From Trichoplax adhaerens (taxonomy: Eukaryota; Animalia; Placozoa), in assembly GCF_000150275.1 (NCBI RefSeq), contig NW_002060946.1, positions 3,491,454-3,555,453 of the forward strand: a DNA stretch of 64,000 nucleotides, read 5' to 3'. Positions within the stretch are counted from its first letter, which is position 1; each line of letters begins with the position of its first letter. Under the pieces are notes generated by a model that was not told the origin of the DNA, did not search any database, and saw only the letters and a program-made list of their open reading frames with translations. Made by a program: the position numbers and the translations under genes. This document shows, piece after piece, positions 1 through 14,898 of the stretch.

Positions 1-374
1 TCCAAGGATGGTCAATCCAGTCCAAGTCTGCTAGTAAATCCATGAAAATGCGTCAAGTGAAAACAAAGACTATAGACTGGACTGGACCTACTGTATTCTA
101 CTCTACACTACCTGCAGTATCGTAAACTGCCGACCAGAAATGTAAAAGTTGGCCACAGAAAGAGGAGCGTTTCAATCATTTCAACTCTTAAAATGTGATT
201 AGAAATCGATATTGCGTGTGGAAGAGAGAGCATACAACATTGGCCACACAGTCCAGTGGTTACTGTAATCATATAAACCAAAAATTGGCTATCGTAATCT
301 TGTCCAAAATTGATTTGTAGACTGATTGGGTCGTAAAGTACTACTTGCTGCGGAGTGAATGAGGTGGAAGAAAT

Positions 375-3300
375 ATGGATACGGAAGATCTCAGTGATAA
401 CGAATATGAATCCTACTATAACGCAGGCGATTTTCAGGTACTGATGACATTGCCAACCATTTTAATTCAAGTTCTTAGCATACTTTCATTGCCTAGAATA
501 ACAATGATTCCATTTATACGCTATGGTACTTGTTGATCATGGATCATTTTACTCATGTATCATGTCAATGAACGTGATTGTACAGGAAGAACAACCAGAT
601 AATGACCACAATGCCGACGATGAAGACACCATGACTGTTATTGAGGAATGCAAACGTAAATTCTCCAATGACGACTCTGTTATGGAATCGGATCTTATTG
701 TACATATTCGAAAGTTAGTAATCTCCCCTTGAGCAATATTATTTTCATTTTTTTGCTCACATTGGCTATCAACCGCTGCAGTATAAACGAGTAGTCAACT
801 ACTGAACTCTGCAATAGGCATTGCTATACACTGGACTCTTAGTTTGCAGATTGCAGCAGACATGCACAATTAATGCAATACCGTCCAAATTGTTCACTTC
901 CTCCGTCTTCTTAGGCTTAAATCACTTCTCTTTATTGTAACACATCTAGGCAGAATTGATTGCATGACAAATATTTTGCTGTTAGCGATTCCTATAAATA
1001 ACTAAATAGAAAGAAAATTGAAAAACTTCTGTTGATCGATTCAAGTGCTTACTGCTTCCAAGTAAAACACACCGACTACTTTTCTAATAGTCTTTAGCTG
1101 ACATAACTCTTTGTCCTGACAACTATGCACAATTCTACATGATTTACTAACGTGTATAGTGCCAATTATCACCTAGCATAGCGTTGTTAATTATACAGTT
1201 ATGTGTGTCTATAACTTGGATTGCAAGTCATTCCTCATTCTTTGATGGAAATGATCAGTACAACTTAACAACTGTATTTATGTTATTGCTTCCATACTCA
1301 CTATTAACTTACCTTTTTTTTGTATAATGAATTATAATCAAGATATATTAAAGCTGGCGGAACACCTGAAGAACTGGTGCAGTTATTATCTGATCACTAC
1401 ATTGGTGAAGGAGAAGTTGCCAATGCTTACATCAAATGGCTGCAGGATTTAGGTAACAAATAGCGCTAATTGCTGTATCTAACTGTCAACGCGAGCTGGT
1501 TTATGCTAGATGATAGACTGTACTATTGTACGCGAAATATAAGTGTATTGATAGGACTAAATCTACCTAATTACCTACTTGAATATACAGTATTATGCAC
1601 TGTTGCTCCTACTACTGCATGTCTACTATCGCTGCAAGTTAAAGCATTTTAACTTTCTGATTGTTGTATTTCTGAAAGATACGTGATGCAATCTTTAAAT
1701 TTATTCTGTATATAAGTTCTGTAATATTCAGTTACTGAAAAATCTGTGGGTATTGCAGATCCATATGATATGGTTTTACAATAATAATTTATTGAGGAAT
1801 TGGTTAACTCATACTATCTCTATAAACTTCAAGTTATCTCATATATTGTAGTCTTATATTATGTTATTTTAATATTAATATCAAATTACTCTCATAACTG
1901 AAGGAGTCAAAGACGAAACTATAAATCGGACCTGCGTGGAGCATTTGCGAGAGGTGGTAATAAGTAAATTTGATCCTGCTAAAGCAGATTCTCTTTTTAT
2001 TGGCGAAGGAAAGGTTTGGAAATGAATTACACTCTTGTGATAGTCAAAATTTTGACAACAATTACTTTAATCTGTTTAATCATAACACTTGATCGATAGT
2101 AAATTCTTTAAACTATCAAACTAATCAAAAATTCGTTCTAGAATGTTACTTGGTTACAAGATATGATAGCCCAACCGTTTTGGCGTAATTTGTTCTATTG
2201 CTTAGCTGAACGATTTCCAGATTGTTTAGTGTGTAAATTCGCAGTTAGGGTATGACGATATGACTAGGATATTGGAGTGAGAAGAAAGATTAAATTGTCC
2301 AATCCTTAATATTTACTATATTTCATCTTATTGATGCAGTTGATTTCTGATGCCGGCTATCAAGACGACATAAACAACATTTCAACAGTTTGCCAGCACT
2401 TGGAATTATTTACTCGACAATTACAGTCATGTGTCCATAGTGTTATTGCTAAGGGGCCTACTACATCTTCTGCAGATGTTGATAATATGATTGTAAGTGT
2501 AGACTATGAAAAATTTATTAGTTATCTTGACGTTAATTTTTTCTATATTTTTGTGCTGTGATTAGAATATGGCTTGCCACACAGAACATGGTTATCTATG
2601 TTGCCAATTTTTCTTAAGAATACTCCTCTATGATATTGAGAACAGTCATTTAATTCGATTTTTGATGCAAAAAATAGAAAGTGGTGCTATATCCAGGTAA
2701 TCATATCTGTAATGTAAGGTATACAATGTGTATCGAACTTATACATACGGATGATGACGTTTTACAATCAAAAAGGTACATACAAAAAAATAATGTAGCT
2801 ATGTCATATTTTTACAGAGGACTAGCAGTCAGTGATATCGCAATGATCGTTAACGGCGTATACCAATATACTAATGTCAATGCAGCTGTTAACAATATAT
2901 TTTCTCGAAATGCCTTGGATTCCACGGATGTAGCTACGGTAATAATAACCAAAGAGATTAATTTATTGATATTCGTACCAATCTGTTTACGTATGGTAAA
3001 TTGTCCATATGCTATATTTATATATATATGATTAAAAATTTTACCGCAATATGCACTTACAAATGTTCTATTAATTTATTTGCAGTTGTATGAAGTCTAT
3101 TCGGGAGATGAACCACCTCCAATAGAAATCATAAGACATCCACGTTTTTTAGGTTTGCTCTTTAAAAAGCTATTCTCAATACTTCCTTATCATTTCTTTA
3201 TGTATACTGACAGTGACGACGTATCTTTACAGATTTGTTGATTAAGCGCCTTTTTGATCCTGATGACAAGATAGATGCAGACTTGAAATCAAAGTTATGT

Positions 3301-4515
3301 TTTCTTCTAGCTTACGCCGTTAGTGTTGTTGAAACAATCTCAGAGGTAATCAAAATAGATATATCTGTGATCAATGTCTCAACAACTTAAATTTAAGACA
3401 TTTCTATTGTTCATAATAGACTCAAACGTTATTGAATACTGATGACTTGAAAAGTACTACCAACGTTATCGGCCGTACGTTGGACATAATTAGTCATGCA
3501 GATTGTCGATCTTCCAATTATCTTTTATCAGAGATTGGAAATCTGTATCAGTATATTAGGTAGCTAATTGTATATTACCATACGTAAAGTATTATTGTAC
3601 GATACATAGCATTACGCTATTAAAATAGTATTTACGGACGCTAATGACATTTGCAGATATCCAGTAGTTGGTAGAGGATTAATTAATTGGGTGGATTGCA
3701 TCGTATCTTCGTCAAGCTTTTTCAACTATATGGGCGATTCTACGGCATTAATATACCTAGCAATTTTGGACGAAGTGAGCAATATCTGCAAATATTCATT
3801 TTAACTTTTAAATTGTCTGATCATTGGTCTTTTAATTTCTAGATTTGCACGCATCATCCATTACAGCATCCAACAACTTTTAACTTACTCATAAAATTTT
3901 TAGAATATGAATACAATAATGGCGATATAATGTTGATTGTAAGTCTATTGTTGTCTATTGATATAATTTCAATACATAAATACTTAAGTTTAATATGTTA
4001 TAATTATTAAACGTTATTTAGCTCCGATTTAAAAGACACATTATCGAATGCATGGTCCATTTAGTGAGTCGAGGTTATGTAGTCCCTGTACTGAATTATA
4101 TCAGGAAATGTCTGGATACCAACTCGATGGACAATTCACTTATTCGAAATTTTGTTTCTGGGGTAAATAATCAATAATTCATCATCTGTGTGAGTGTAGA
4201 CTTATAAAATGGAGTAATTGATTTATTTTTTATGTTGTTGTTTTTAGGTGCTTGATATCATAAGTCCTCCTTACACGCCAATTTTTATTGAATTATTCTT
4301 GCCGTTACTAAAAAGCGACGTTTGTATTTCGCTGCGACAAAGTCAGAATAAAGATGATCCCGCAGTAAATTTTATAGGTTTGTCAAAAGCCTACAATTGC
4401 TAAGTACTTACGTATATTGAAATAACTAAAATAAGATAATTTCTTGCGATTGCTTTGCCTAATTGTAGATTACTGTGAAACTTACAAGACCAGCGCAATA
4501 ATCACCGATCACTAG
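375..4515 (+). CDS. NELFCD: Negative elongation factor C/D (TH1-like), multi-exon
   Basis: Exon 1 375-437 (MDTEDLSDNEYESYYNAGDFQ, GT at 438). Next exons read EECKRKFSNDDSVMESDLIVHIRK/YIKAGGTPEELVQLLSDHY, matching recalled human ECLHKFSTRDYIMEP...RYFQAGGSPENVIQLLSENY. Later exons give FDPAKADSLF, LISDAGYQ, HLVSRGYVVPVL and VLDIISPPYT. TAG at 4513-4515; GT-AG introns. Confidence 0.93.
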
Positions 4516-6130
4516 ATATATGTAGATATAAGTCTCCCGCGAAGATAGCTGGTTCGAACCATAAGTTACTAATTTTTAGTTTGTTTTCCTTATACCATAC
4601 ACGTATAGTATAATAGACCTTGATTTTGAGAATTTCTACTAGTACTATAAATGGAATACTAGCGAATCTGTGGTTCGTATAGTTGTAAGCTGTACGTCAT
4701 AATTATGTTTACATGACTGTTACGAACGCTTATCATAATCACAGTCAAGCACTCTTTATGAATATGAAATGTTGTTGGTATTGTTGCAGACTTAAATGTT
4801 GATAGATTTATCCTATTTGCTATCGGCGCTTTTGATATACGTATTTCGGAACGTCATGTTTAAAATTTTTCTAGATCAAATAATACCGTCTTTTCACAAC
4901 CAAGCCATTGGATCGATTTTACACCTCTATATCGTCATTGAGTTATAGTCTACAGGCTAAACATAAGCCATTTTCTATCGTGTAATTTGTTGATGAAAAA
5001 ACAAGTAGATTGTATAACTAATGTTCGTTAAAATTATTATAACCTTAATGTGCATATTGTTGGATTAAAAATTTTATATATTACATAGAGTAAAATGTTT
5101 GCTTATCTGACGAAGTTACTGTACACCAACGTATATGACTGTCCTACTTGCAAACATATATACGGATTCTGAGGCAATTTACTAGCAGTGAATGTTTTTT
5201 ATACAGATACTCGTACGTCTATGTTTTAGTCATTACTAGTCAAATTTCTAACCCATGTAAGCTATCGCTAGAGTTATGGTAATATAATCAGTTATCATAG
5301 TAAAATTACTACTAGGACATCAACTCTTTGACGTCTAAAGTGATAAATAATCCAGTATTGCATGAGTAGCGGGGAAAAGATAATTTAGATATTTTTCCGA
5401 AATTATCCTGTACCATGCTGTACACGTACTATATACGCTACATTCTTCATCACCTATCATTTAGTGCAACATCTTGTCAGTTTCTAGGTAAGCATGCAAT
5501 AAACGGGAAGATAATCTGCGCAAAAGCAATAAATTACAAACAAGTTAACCGATAGGTTCCTGGATAGGCAAGATATTCGATCGATAACGTAGAATAAATT
5601 AATTTTTGGATTAACTGTTAATATAGTACTTAGTATATGATAGGGAATTAGGGATCATAAGCATATATGATTGATTGTAATTATAATGATGTAATTATTT
5701 AAATAAAAATAATACTCAAGATGCTACAAGGTTCTCTTTATCGCATCGCAATTCAACTGTCTCAACATACTCTGTTATGTACAGTACTCATAAAAGGCTT
5801 TAAAAGCTACGCCTTGCTTTAATATTGGTAGTTTCTAGCAGCGTCTTTTGGTTGATTTAACATTCATAATTTTAACAAATGCATTAATGCGCTAATTTTT
5901 GGAAATATACTCGTGCAGTACTGCTGCAAAAGTACTATACCACTACTAGAAAATGGTAGATACCTTTCTACTACTGGTGCTTAGTGCTGACTGAGCCATA
6001 GAGGTACTTCTATGGACCCAGCATTAAATTAATGATTTTGATCAGCGCACGCGTAGTTCAAGGACTGTTTCTTCTCCAACAAGTTTCCTGTCATTTAATG
6101 TCTCCCAGCTGCTGATATCCTTGATTGGCG

Positions 6131-9100
6131 ATGTTTATACCTTGTGACTCCGTTGATCTTCCAAATTGCTCTCAATATACCCTAATCTTGGTAAAATTTA
6201 GATTGTAGATGTTGATGGTAACTAGATTATACTTGTATAATGTCTACGATATGTCAAGATTAGTGTTACTTTTTGACTACGGATGTAATGTAAATTCTTG
6301 GAAGGTTAAATTAATCACGGAGGAAAAATAACATGGGTGTTATTAATATTTCTATCGAACTCTTTTTTCGTTTTTATCTACTTTCAAGTGCAAACTTCAT
6401 CAGTTGCATTATACAATTACATTAGAATCAATAGATAGTTTTAGTTTGCTTAATTTACACTGCATCGAATGCCATAAGTAATCGATCGCCCTATACTTGG
6501 ATTTTTAGAAATACTCTCGTACAACATGAACTGACTTATTTACGGCAAACTAGTGCTCTCTGACTTTTACCTGCCACGACCGTATTTAAGGATGAACAAA
6601 TTGAATAATCTATCTTGATCAAGCTAGTATTGGGTATAGTCAGCATTAAGCAAAGGCTATCAAGGGAATTGTTCTAGATCACGAAATAGAAGCAATGTAA
6701 TGGTTTTCCCTATACTACATGTAGTATTATTATTTTTGATTCAGCATAATTCTTTGTTGTTTTGCTGACGTAACGACACGTACGCAAGAATTTTGCAGCC
6801 AAAGCACGATGGTAGAAAGATTTACTTTATTCCATCATTGCTGTATGAAATTGGATACAATTTTGATGCAAAATTACGGATATCATACAATCATCATAAA
6901 GTAATGCGCTAAGAATTCTATTTAAGTAATAAATGAAACATGATGAGAAAGTCGATAGCCTGCTTCAGGCATCCGACAAAACCCGATTGATTGTTGAGTT
7001 TTCCCGTATTCTTAATGCCGATTAAGTCGTCCTTGTTGACATTATAATTATAATATACTGCACGATATGGTGATCAGTTATTAACTTTATGTAGGCAATA
7101 GCAAAATTTACTCTTCATTCCCTCTTGGGAATAAATGCATGATGTTGTAACTCAATCATTTTCGCTATATTTGAGTTCTATCTTCTGAGCATTACTTCTA
7201 TCTTATAGCCTTCATCCTCAGTACAAAATGTTGGCCAGTTAGCTGTGGATTTACTGATTTCTACCATGGACTGTCAACTGATTGGGTATTGGCATCATTC
7301 TTGTTTATTACCTGTGGTTGGCCATGATACATCCTGTAATCAGCAAGATAATAAGAATTGCCATAACCAGTTACTAACGCCTTCCCAAGGTAAATCAATT
7401 CAATTATGCATTACAGATTGTTTGAGAAGGAAAAATATATGAACGTATAATGCGATTGATACAGGCCAACTTTCAGTTATACGAGTATCAGCAGGGATTC
7501 TAGCATCAGTATACATTGTATACCATTTTAGCTAACTGTGTATCTCGGTAAATACTCGTATAAGTTGAATGAAATCAAGTTGCTTTATTAAATAGATTTT
7601 ATTTGCGTGCAATAGCTGCAATCACGGAAAACACTATCATAAGTAGAATAAACCAAATAATAAATGCCTTAAGCACCGGGATTAACTGTGTCATTCATAT
7701 AGCACATAGTAAAGATTAAAACTAATTAAGTACCGTATATCGTACAAGTATTGCGAGGTGATGATGCAGCGCTGCTTTTAATTCGTGGTACTGTTGGATC
7801 TTGTATGATCTATTGTAACATACGGCTATATATTAAATTTACCTACTATATTATAACGTGTTTACTAATTATAATATGTCTACTCTGTTCTTATCCATTT
7901 CCATAGTTTACATGTCTCGTACGCAAAAATATGTGTTTATGCAAATTCGCTCTCCAGTTATTTCGGTAAGTTTATTAATTATATGCGTCACATGGATGAT
8001 CTCTATATTATTATTACAGTAACGTATAAAGAGAGAAATATTCACTAGATTTCGTATAGTATTGTACAATATTCAATATTGATGATGTCGTATGAATTAA
8101 AGAGGTGAAGTTAATACATCATGTTAGATGGATACGAATCCATTTTAAGACATATATTTTAAGATCTAAATGGTCCTCGTTACGAAGTAACATTATCTTG
8201 GTGTCGGGGTTGTGTAATTTTACATTTGTGGCAAATGATGCTGTAGAATGTGTTGATATATGTTGGAAAGGTAATTTCAATAATTATGTCAAGAAATTAA
8301 TTTTGGTGTACAAAACAAATTTTAGGGTGGTGCCGCGACATTTTGTGCTGACCTTGTAAAGTGGATTAGTCAGAAGGGTTTCCATCGCGTTGTTCTTGCT
8401 ACGAGCTGTTACATTCACGAAAAAATTAACACCAGTATAGGAAGGTTTGATAACCCTGTAACTTCATATATGAACACGATACTTTGTTCCAAAGAGTAGA
8501 TAAAATTCAGACTAGTCATATTTGAAGCCTTTTTAAATTTGCGCGTATGTTACTGACAATATTGATAAAAATTTAAAAGATATTTCTGGGCGTGGAATAC
8601 TTAAGTAGGTTACAATGTTTCTTTACAGTGGATTTAGATATTTGACAAGTCGTGCAGCTTGTGAATTAAGAGATCGGTTAGAGAACAATTGCTCCTGGGT
8701 AGGATTAGAAGAATGCCCATCAACTATCGGCAAGTAGAATAGAAACTATTTGATAATAGATTTCATTACTCATAAAATTATAAAATATTAACTAAAATAT
8801 ACTCAGTATAGTTCTAACAGTAAAATGCTTTTTCTGAGAATTTCATCCTAAATAGCTAATTTTAATATCAGATGTCTAATTTAAGTAACTTTTATATCAA
8901 AATTAGATGGTGTTGTAGATCAAAGTGATACAGTTCTTATAGCTGGCGGAGGGTTTGCTAAGAAATTTTTTCTTGAATGGTATGTTATGACGTATTGTAC
9001 GCTGCCTTATAAAATTATAACATCAACCATTCAATGATTAATATTTCTCTCTTGTGATCATGCTTTCTATACTCTAGTAACAAAGAAAATATTCCTTTAA

Positions 9101-9545
9101 TTGTAATAATATCACTATGCACCGAAGGAAATGCTATTGAGATGGCGTTGCGATTGGATTCACATCTCAATGATTGGCTACAGTTTCTACCGGTAAAAAA
9201 TGATCATTTGCTATTATCTGCTAATAGTACTATAGCACTGATATACTATTGCATATGTAAAGGTTATAGCAATGTCTGTTTTTCATTTCTTGATAGCATC
9301 ATCAACAACAATCTTCTGTCCATCCGGAACAAGGATTACTTGGTATGCAATGATCAGCTTGAATAATATACAATATGCGTATATTGCTAAATTTTGACAC
9401 AAATATCTGTTATCGATATCGGTCGTTGCTCAATATCATATGTACGTATATTGATTGCTGTATCTTTGAATTTATAGCTCCGTGGATTATGCCGAAGTCG
9501 TGGGAAGTATTGCTAAACCGTCATGTTCCGTCCGATCTCTATTAA
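6131..9545 (+). CDS. PSMG2: Proteasome assembly chaperone 2 (PAC2), multi-exon
   Basis: Exon 1 6131-6190 MFIPCDSVDLPNCSQYTLIL. Exon 2 from 7209 PSSSVQNVGQLAVDLLISTM...CLLPVVGHD (human PAVSVGNVGQLAMDLIISTL). Later IAGGGFAKKFF and CTEGNAIEMA...LNDWLQFL. Last exon PWIMPKSWEVLL...LY, TAA 9543-9545. Confidence 0.92.
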
Positions 9546-10606
9546 GGATAGTATTAGGTTAAGATAGACTGCAGACTCTTTTCTGCATGATAAAATTTGT
9601 ACTATTAATATCTATATTAATGACTATATTTATATTATAAGCGAAATTTAAGTAGCATTTGCTCACGTAGACCCTGTAAATTGCTATTGTCATAAGGCAT
9701 TAACTTATCTTATCTGGCTATAAATACAGCATAATAGACTACGCTATATCTATGCGTGTATGCTATAGGACTTTTGTAAGAAATAAATAGCTTGAGCAGC
9801 GCAACTTTTTAGTAAGTAGTCGATGTTAAGAATCTTTATAATTATATGGTAATTTTCGTGGACTGTTGTACAATGTTTCTGTATGTATTACTGATCTGTT
9901 GCAGCTCATTTTAATAATAAAAAGGTATTAAGTGCAATATTCTCTTCAACTAGTGAGGAATCTATATAATTCAGGACACTATTTAAACGTACCATGGCAA
10001 CTGTAATTCTGAATCATTTATTAATTCGTTTCAATAATATTAGTTCAGTTAATAATACCATCTTAATAATGTGACGAGATATCGTATCAAAAATGAATTC
10101 TATACTGTTATACTTTAAATGTTGTCCTCGTAGGTATGTGATCATTTTCATTTTAAATTTTACAATAGTAATAATGTCTAAGGCCAAGTCACGCAGATTA
10201 AGTATATCCGTTTAAATTTCAAAATTAGAAGGTCAAATCAGTGTTACAGGATTTGAAGTAATAGTCTTATAGCATAAATACATGATATAAAGATATAATT
10301 TGAACTACTATATAGTATATATTATTGAAGAAAATTTGTAAATCAATCAAGATATCTGTGAAACCACATTCAATTTTCCACAGCATGCATTAGAACAACC
10401 AGAGTACTTTTCATGAAAAAGTGCAACCTTAACTAGGTACCGGAAGTACTGTACTACGCCAATATATACTTCATGATAGAATTTTTCTGATGTTAACTAC
10501 TACTAGATTATTATTTCATGATGTTGGTGTTGAAGTTTAGCAGTTGACAGTTTATATTAAAATTTCCAAGAATTTTAGTAGCATCTTTCATTGATGTAAA
10601 TATTGA

Positions 10607-13600
10607 TTATATCTTCCAAGGAGCGTTTTGTGATTGTATCTTTCGATTAATTTCAGCTAAGATATACATCGATTTTTCCTTTGGAATATTTAAGCGTATT
10701 GGTTTATCCATAAGTGGATAGGACAGTTTGTTCTCTTTATAGGTTGGTATTGAATAGATAATTCTGGACTTATTTTTGGATCCCTTTGGCCTACCTCTTT
10801 TTCTTTTGTTCGTATTATAGATCAAACCATTGGAATTATTGCCTAGGTTATTATGATTGATTGACACTTTGGATGTGTTCGGTGCTTTCGAGGTATAACC
10901 TTGATTAGTTTGAATCTATGCCAAGAAAATATTAAGCCGATATTTTACTGTATTTAAATGTACAAAGGACTAAAATAATAGTACATGGATTTGTTGGTAG
11001 GGATGTACTTTTGACAAATAATGTGTAAGCATGATTGCATCGATAATAACGGTGAATTAAACATTTCAAAATACTGTATAATAATACCAAAGCCACTTAC
11101 GCTGTTTGTCAGTTGTATTTTTCTTGGTCTGCCAGGTCCTCTTTTAATTCCATCCTCTACTTTTATCTTTGGTCGTTTCGTGAATGGCTTATTAGAACTT
11201 TTAACGACTTTTTCCCTTGGCTAATATTTTATTAATTGATGATGTTAAAATATGACATGGTAAAAATTATGATCAATGATATAGAGACAATATTTGTAAT
11301 GTGTTACACTTACCGGTACAATTTTTTTTAGATTGTATCTCGTGGTACGCTTTCTTGTAAGTTTTTTCCTTGTTTGTATATTGTTGAGAGATCTTGTAGC
11401 GATAGCTACAGAGTAGTACACGTATATATGGTAAGTACTTAAGTTTAATGATGATTTTTATATCTATTTTATTTTATTATTCTAACAGGTAAGCATTTGA
11501 GATTGTAATAAGGACAATCAAAATAAAGATCAATACTGCTGAATGGATTCTTTTCTCAATGAATGCCTACCATTTTGTGCTTCGCTCTCTTGACGGCTTC
11601 GATTAGCTATAAAGATATAACCACACTGACATACCTTTCTTGCAATTGGCACCTATAAAATATAAGATGATCAATTTTTAGCCACGTTCTTTATTACAGG
11701 AGTTTCATAATCCATAAATAGTCTCCGTGTCCACTGCTAAAAATGTAGTGTCTTTCGACGTTCTCTGCTGATTAAATTATGGTCACCAAATTTGAGATAT
11801 GCTACTGATTATTTATCATGGATGTCATCTGGAGAGCATTCGTAATAGTGTATTATCATTTTATATAAGTAAGGAAAAATTGATAATTTAATTTAAAATT
11901 CTGTTGTATGAGAGATGATTTTTTATATTTGGTAAACCCTTTATACATAATTTTAAATTGTAACAGCACTATCATAGTAATGTCAGTGTGTCATTGAAGG
12001 AGAGTTTACAGTCTACTGTATACCATCTAGCCATAGATATTTGATAACCAATTCTATTCTAATAGGAGGATTACATCATGTGCATTTGGTTTGCTTATGA
12101 TTCTCTTTATAAATTGGAGTTAGCCGTAATAACGTTATGATGCATTTAAAGGATTGTCTCTACAATATCGAAATGAATGCATAATCATTTTACTAAAATT
12201 ACTGTATGCGTAAATTCTCGACGTGTGAATGTAATTAAGTAATCAAAGTTATTAAATGTCCATTAAGAATAAGAATAAAGAATGAAATGCAGGACTACCG
12301 TATCTCTGTAACAAGATACTCGTATAGTAGTGTACAACTTTCAATACGTAGTCATCTTGACTATTCCAAAATGGCATTTGGATATTATTACCATCGTTAT
12401 TTGCATAGGAGTGCAGAATATGAATTACTAACGTGCGCCTACTAATTAAGAATATAATCCCCAAAATCTGTTTGAATAAAAATAATAACAAGGCAATTTG
12501 GATAAGCTACTTCTTATTCAAACGCTGGATGAGGATGAATTAGTCATTTTATCCTACTTTTTAGTGGTCCTATTTTTTCTTTTAGTACAGATTACATTTA
12601 GTAAGAAAGCTTTTTCAATATTAGTATTTATGAATGAGGAGATTAGTATCTTTTCAAGACTAAATTAGTGAATGATTGAAGGTGATGAGATTAATAGTGT
12701 GATAAAATTGTGCCATTTAGATAGTCCTCTTGGTGATTGTTGAAGAATATGGATAGTAAGAAGCAACGGAATGATGTTGCTTCTTACTTTCCAATGTGAA
12801 AAAAAAAGGCTTAACCATATTGCGAAAATTTTGAATTGAAATAGAATACAATTTCACAAAATAAGTGAATATTCAGAGCGAACTGAGAGATTGCCATGAT
12901 GGGTTGTACTATTTGTCATCGCTGATGCCATATTAAGATATTTTACAGAAAGAATAAATGGACGAGTAATTTTTTATTTTACCTCCTCCTGCTTGATCAT
13001 TCAAGTTATGATTAGAAATCATTATGATCCATTTTATTTTTCATTTTACTCTTGTGTCAAAATGAATTTGTCGATCGTTGTTAGCTTGTAAATGATTGTT
13101 GTTGATATTGGTCGATCATATAACGCCACTTATAGCGTCCTTCTCCTCGAACTTGTATTTTATTGTATGAGTAAATATGTTGGGTGTCATTTTGAGATCG
13201 GGATCTTGAAATCAATTTGTATCAAAATTTTCAGGTATCTATTATAATAATTTACGATGAATGAAATGCATTTGTCAAAGGTAGACATCATGTCACTAGT
13301 TTGTGTCAGTAGATGTAGTCTATAAATCGTTCGGTAAAAGCGATTTATCATTAAAATTGATCATTTTTGATATTATATCATTTTTTTTTGGGGGGGGGGA
13401 AAGGATTTATCCTATAGTTGGTGTAGGTACTGCCTGTTTTCTTTTTGGACTAGCGATTTGGCTGTACTGCTTTACGCTTGTATGGATGAGAATATTATTT
13501 CAATGATTAATGATGAATTATAATTTGAATGAAAATGGATGATAGAGTTTGTATGTTAAAATAGAAGGACATTGCTATTTATGAAGAGGCAATTTCTTTT

Positions 13601-14418
13601 TTTTTGAAATGGACATTGGGGCCATTTGGACTTTCAACGATGGCCAAGAAATTGCAGTTTATGCCTATTGCATTTTCCCTGACATCATCTATCCTACTGT
13701 ACAGACTATCCAAATTGAAGGCAAAGCAATCCGGGAAGGCGATAAAATAAAATGGATTTTCCCTGTGTGTTTTCCATCAAAGATGGCCCATTTTATAAGC
13801 GATACTCTATCCCATGGTTGGCTATTGGAGATGATGTATCTCCTTTTAAATAGGGTTGCCAATGGAAATGCCAATTCGTTGAAGGATTAGAGTAGAAGTA
13901 GTCGTCTGCGCAATCATGGACAATGACGTATTACTGTATTATTGTTATCCAAATAGTAAATAGTGATTTGGAGCTGCTAGTCTAATGAAGGATTGAATAT
14001 CCAATGAGCAAGCCAAGAGGAAATTATCCAGTTGCATTAGCTCATTTTCCAGCTAGCAGTAATAGCGCTGACGCCATACTAGTTAGTTCCAATGTCCAGC
14101 CATGTTGCTCTTGTGTATTGAGCAAGAACCCTTTTTGGACGATACGATTTGCTTTCTCTGCCTCTCCTTGCTGTATATGAACAACATTTGAATCGATGAT
14201 GCCTATTCCATATCTCCATATCATAATATCATTTCAAGGTTATTATTGAATCATTCTCATTTATAGAAATGAATAATTTCAATTGACTCCCTCCCTCCCC
14301 CCCCCCCAAAAAAAAGGATATGGCATCGTTTTATTCTCATTTTTCAATTAAAAGACGCCGCAATTGCAATCCTTGGACTAACCTTGCTCTGGCAATTGGG
14401 GCAACTTTTTCGAACCAT
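10607..14418 (-). CDS. C16orf87: UPF0547 / C16orf87 homologue (zinc ribbon, two AT-hooks), about 212 aa, 5 exons
   Basis: Exons 14418-14383, 11652-11571, 11405-11314, 11220-11101 and 10915-10607 splice in frame with GT-AG. N-terminus MVRKSCPNCQSK/VPIARKVCQCGYIF (human [24 protein letters not shown]). C-terminus ILAEINRKIQSQ (human LAEINRKIINQ). AT-hooks KRGPGRPRK and KRKRGRPK. Confidence 0.9.
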
Positions 14419-14898
14419 TATCAGCGGATGATGGTGATTGATTGTCTGTTATACAACGTCAAAGTAGAAAGAGATCATAGAGAAGGATAGTCTAGGCTTA
14501 AGATAGTCTTATCCTTCTAGAGTGTAGAAGGATAATCTAGGCTTCCATAATCGTCCATCCCATGATGGGCCAAATCATTTTTGCTGTTGGCAACGAGCAA
14601 CATCCAAAACTGCAGTTGTCCAGGTACTGCAGACCGACTAGGAAAGCCGTGGCTTGTGATAGGGTAGTGTATCCAATGAGTGATAGCGTAATACGATTGT
14701 GGCTGTATACCGGCGTCGACTACTGCAAGTCGTATGAGTCTGCACCGGCACAGTCAGAGCATGACGATGCTTGCGCTTATCATGTGCAAAATGAGCTGTC
14801 ACTTAAACAAGGGTATTATTCCTACGAAATCCCTTATTGAAAAGAGGCTAATACTGACACTTTATTTTGCACATTGCTTTTCTTCCTGGATCTCTTGC

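Noticed and set aside
4530-4565. tRNA suggested by the GGTTCGAACC B-box-like word
   Set aside because: No A box, acceptor stem or cloverleaf; it is a short palindrome just after the NELFCD stop.
6938-7030. Box C/D snoRNA in PSMG2 intron 1 (ATGATGA; TGAGTTTTCCCGT resembles an 18S antisense)
   Set aside because: No CTGA D/D' box next to the putative guide and no terminal stem; the host 18S sequence is not available to verify the match.
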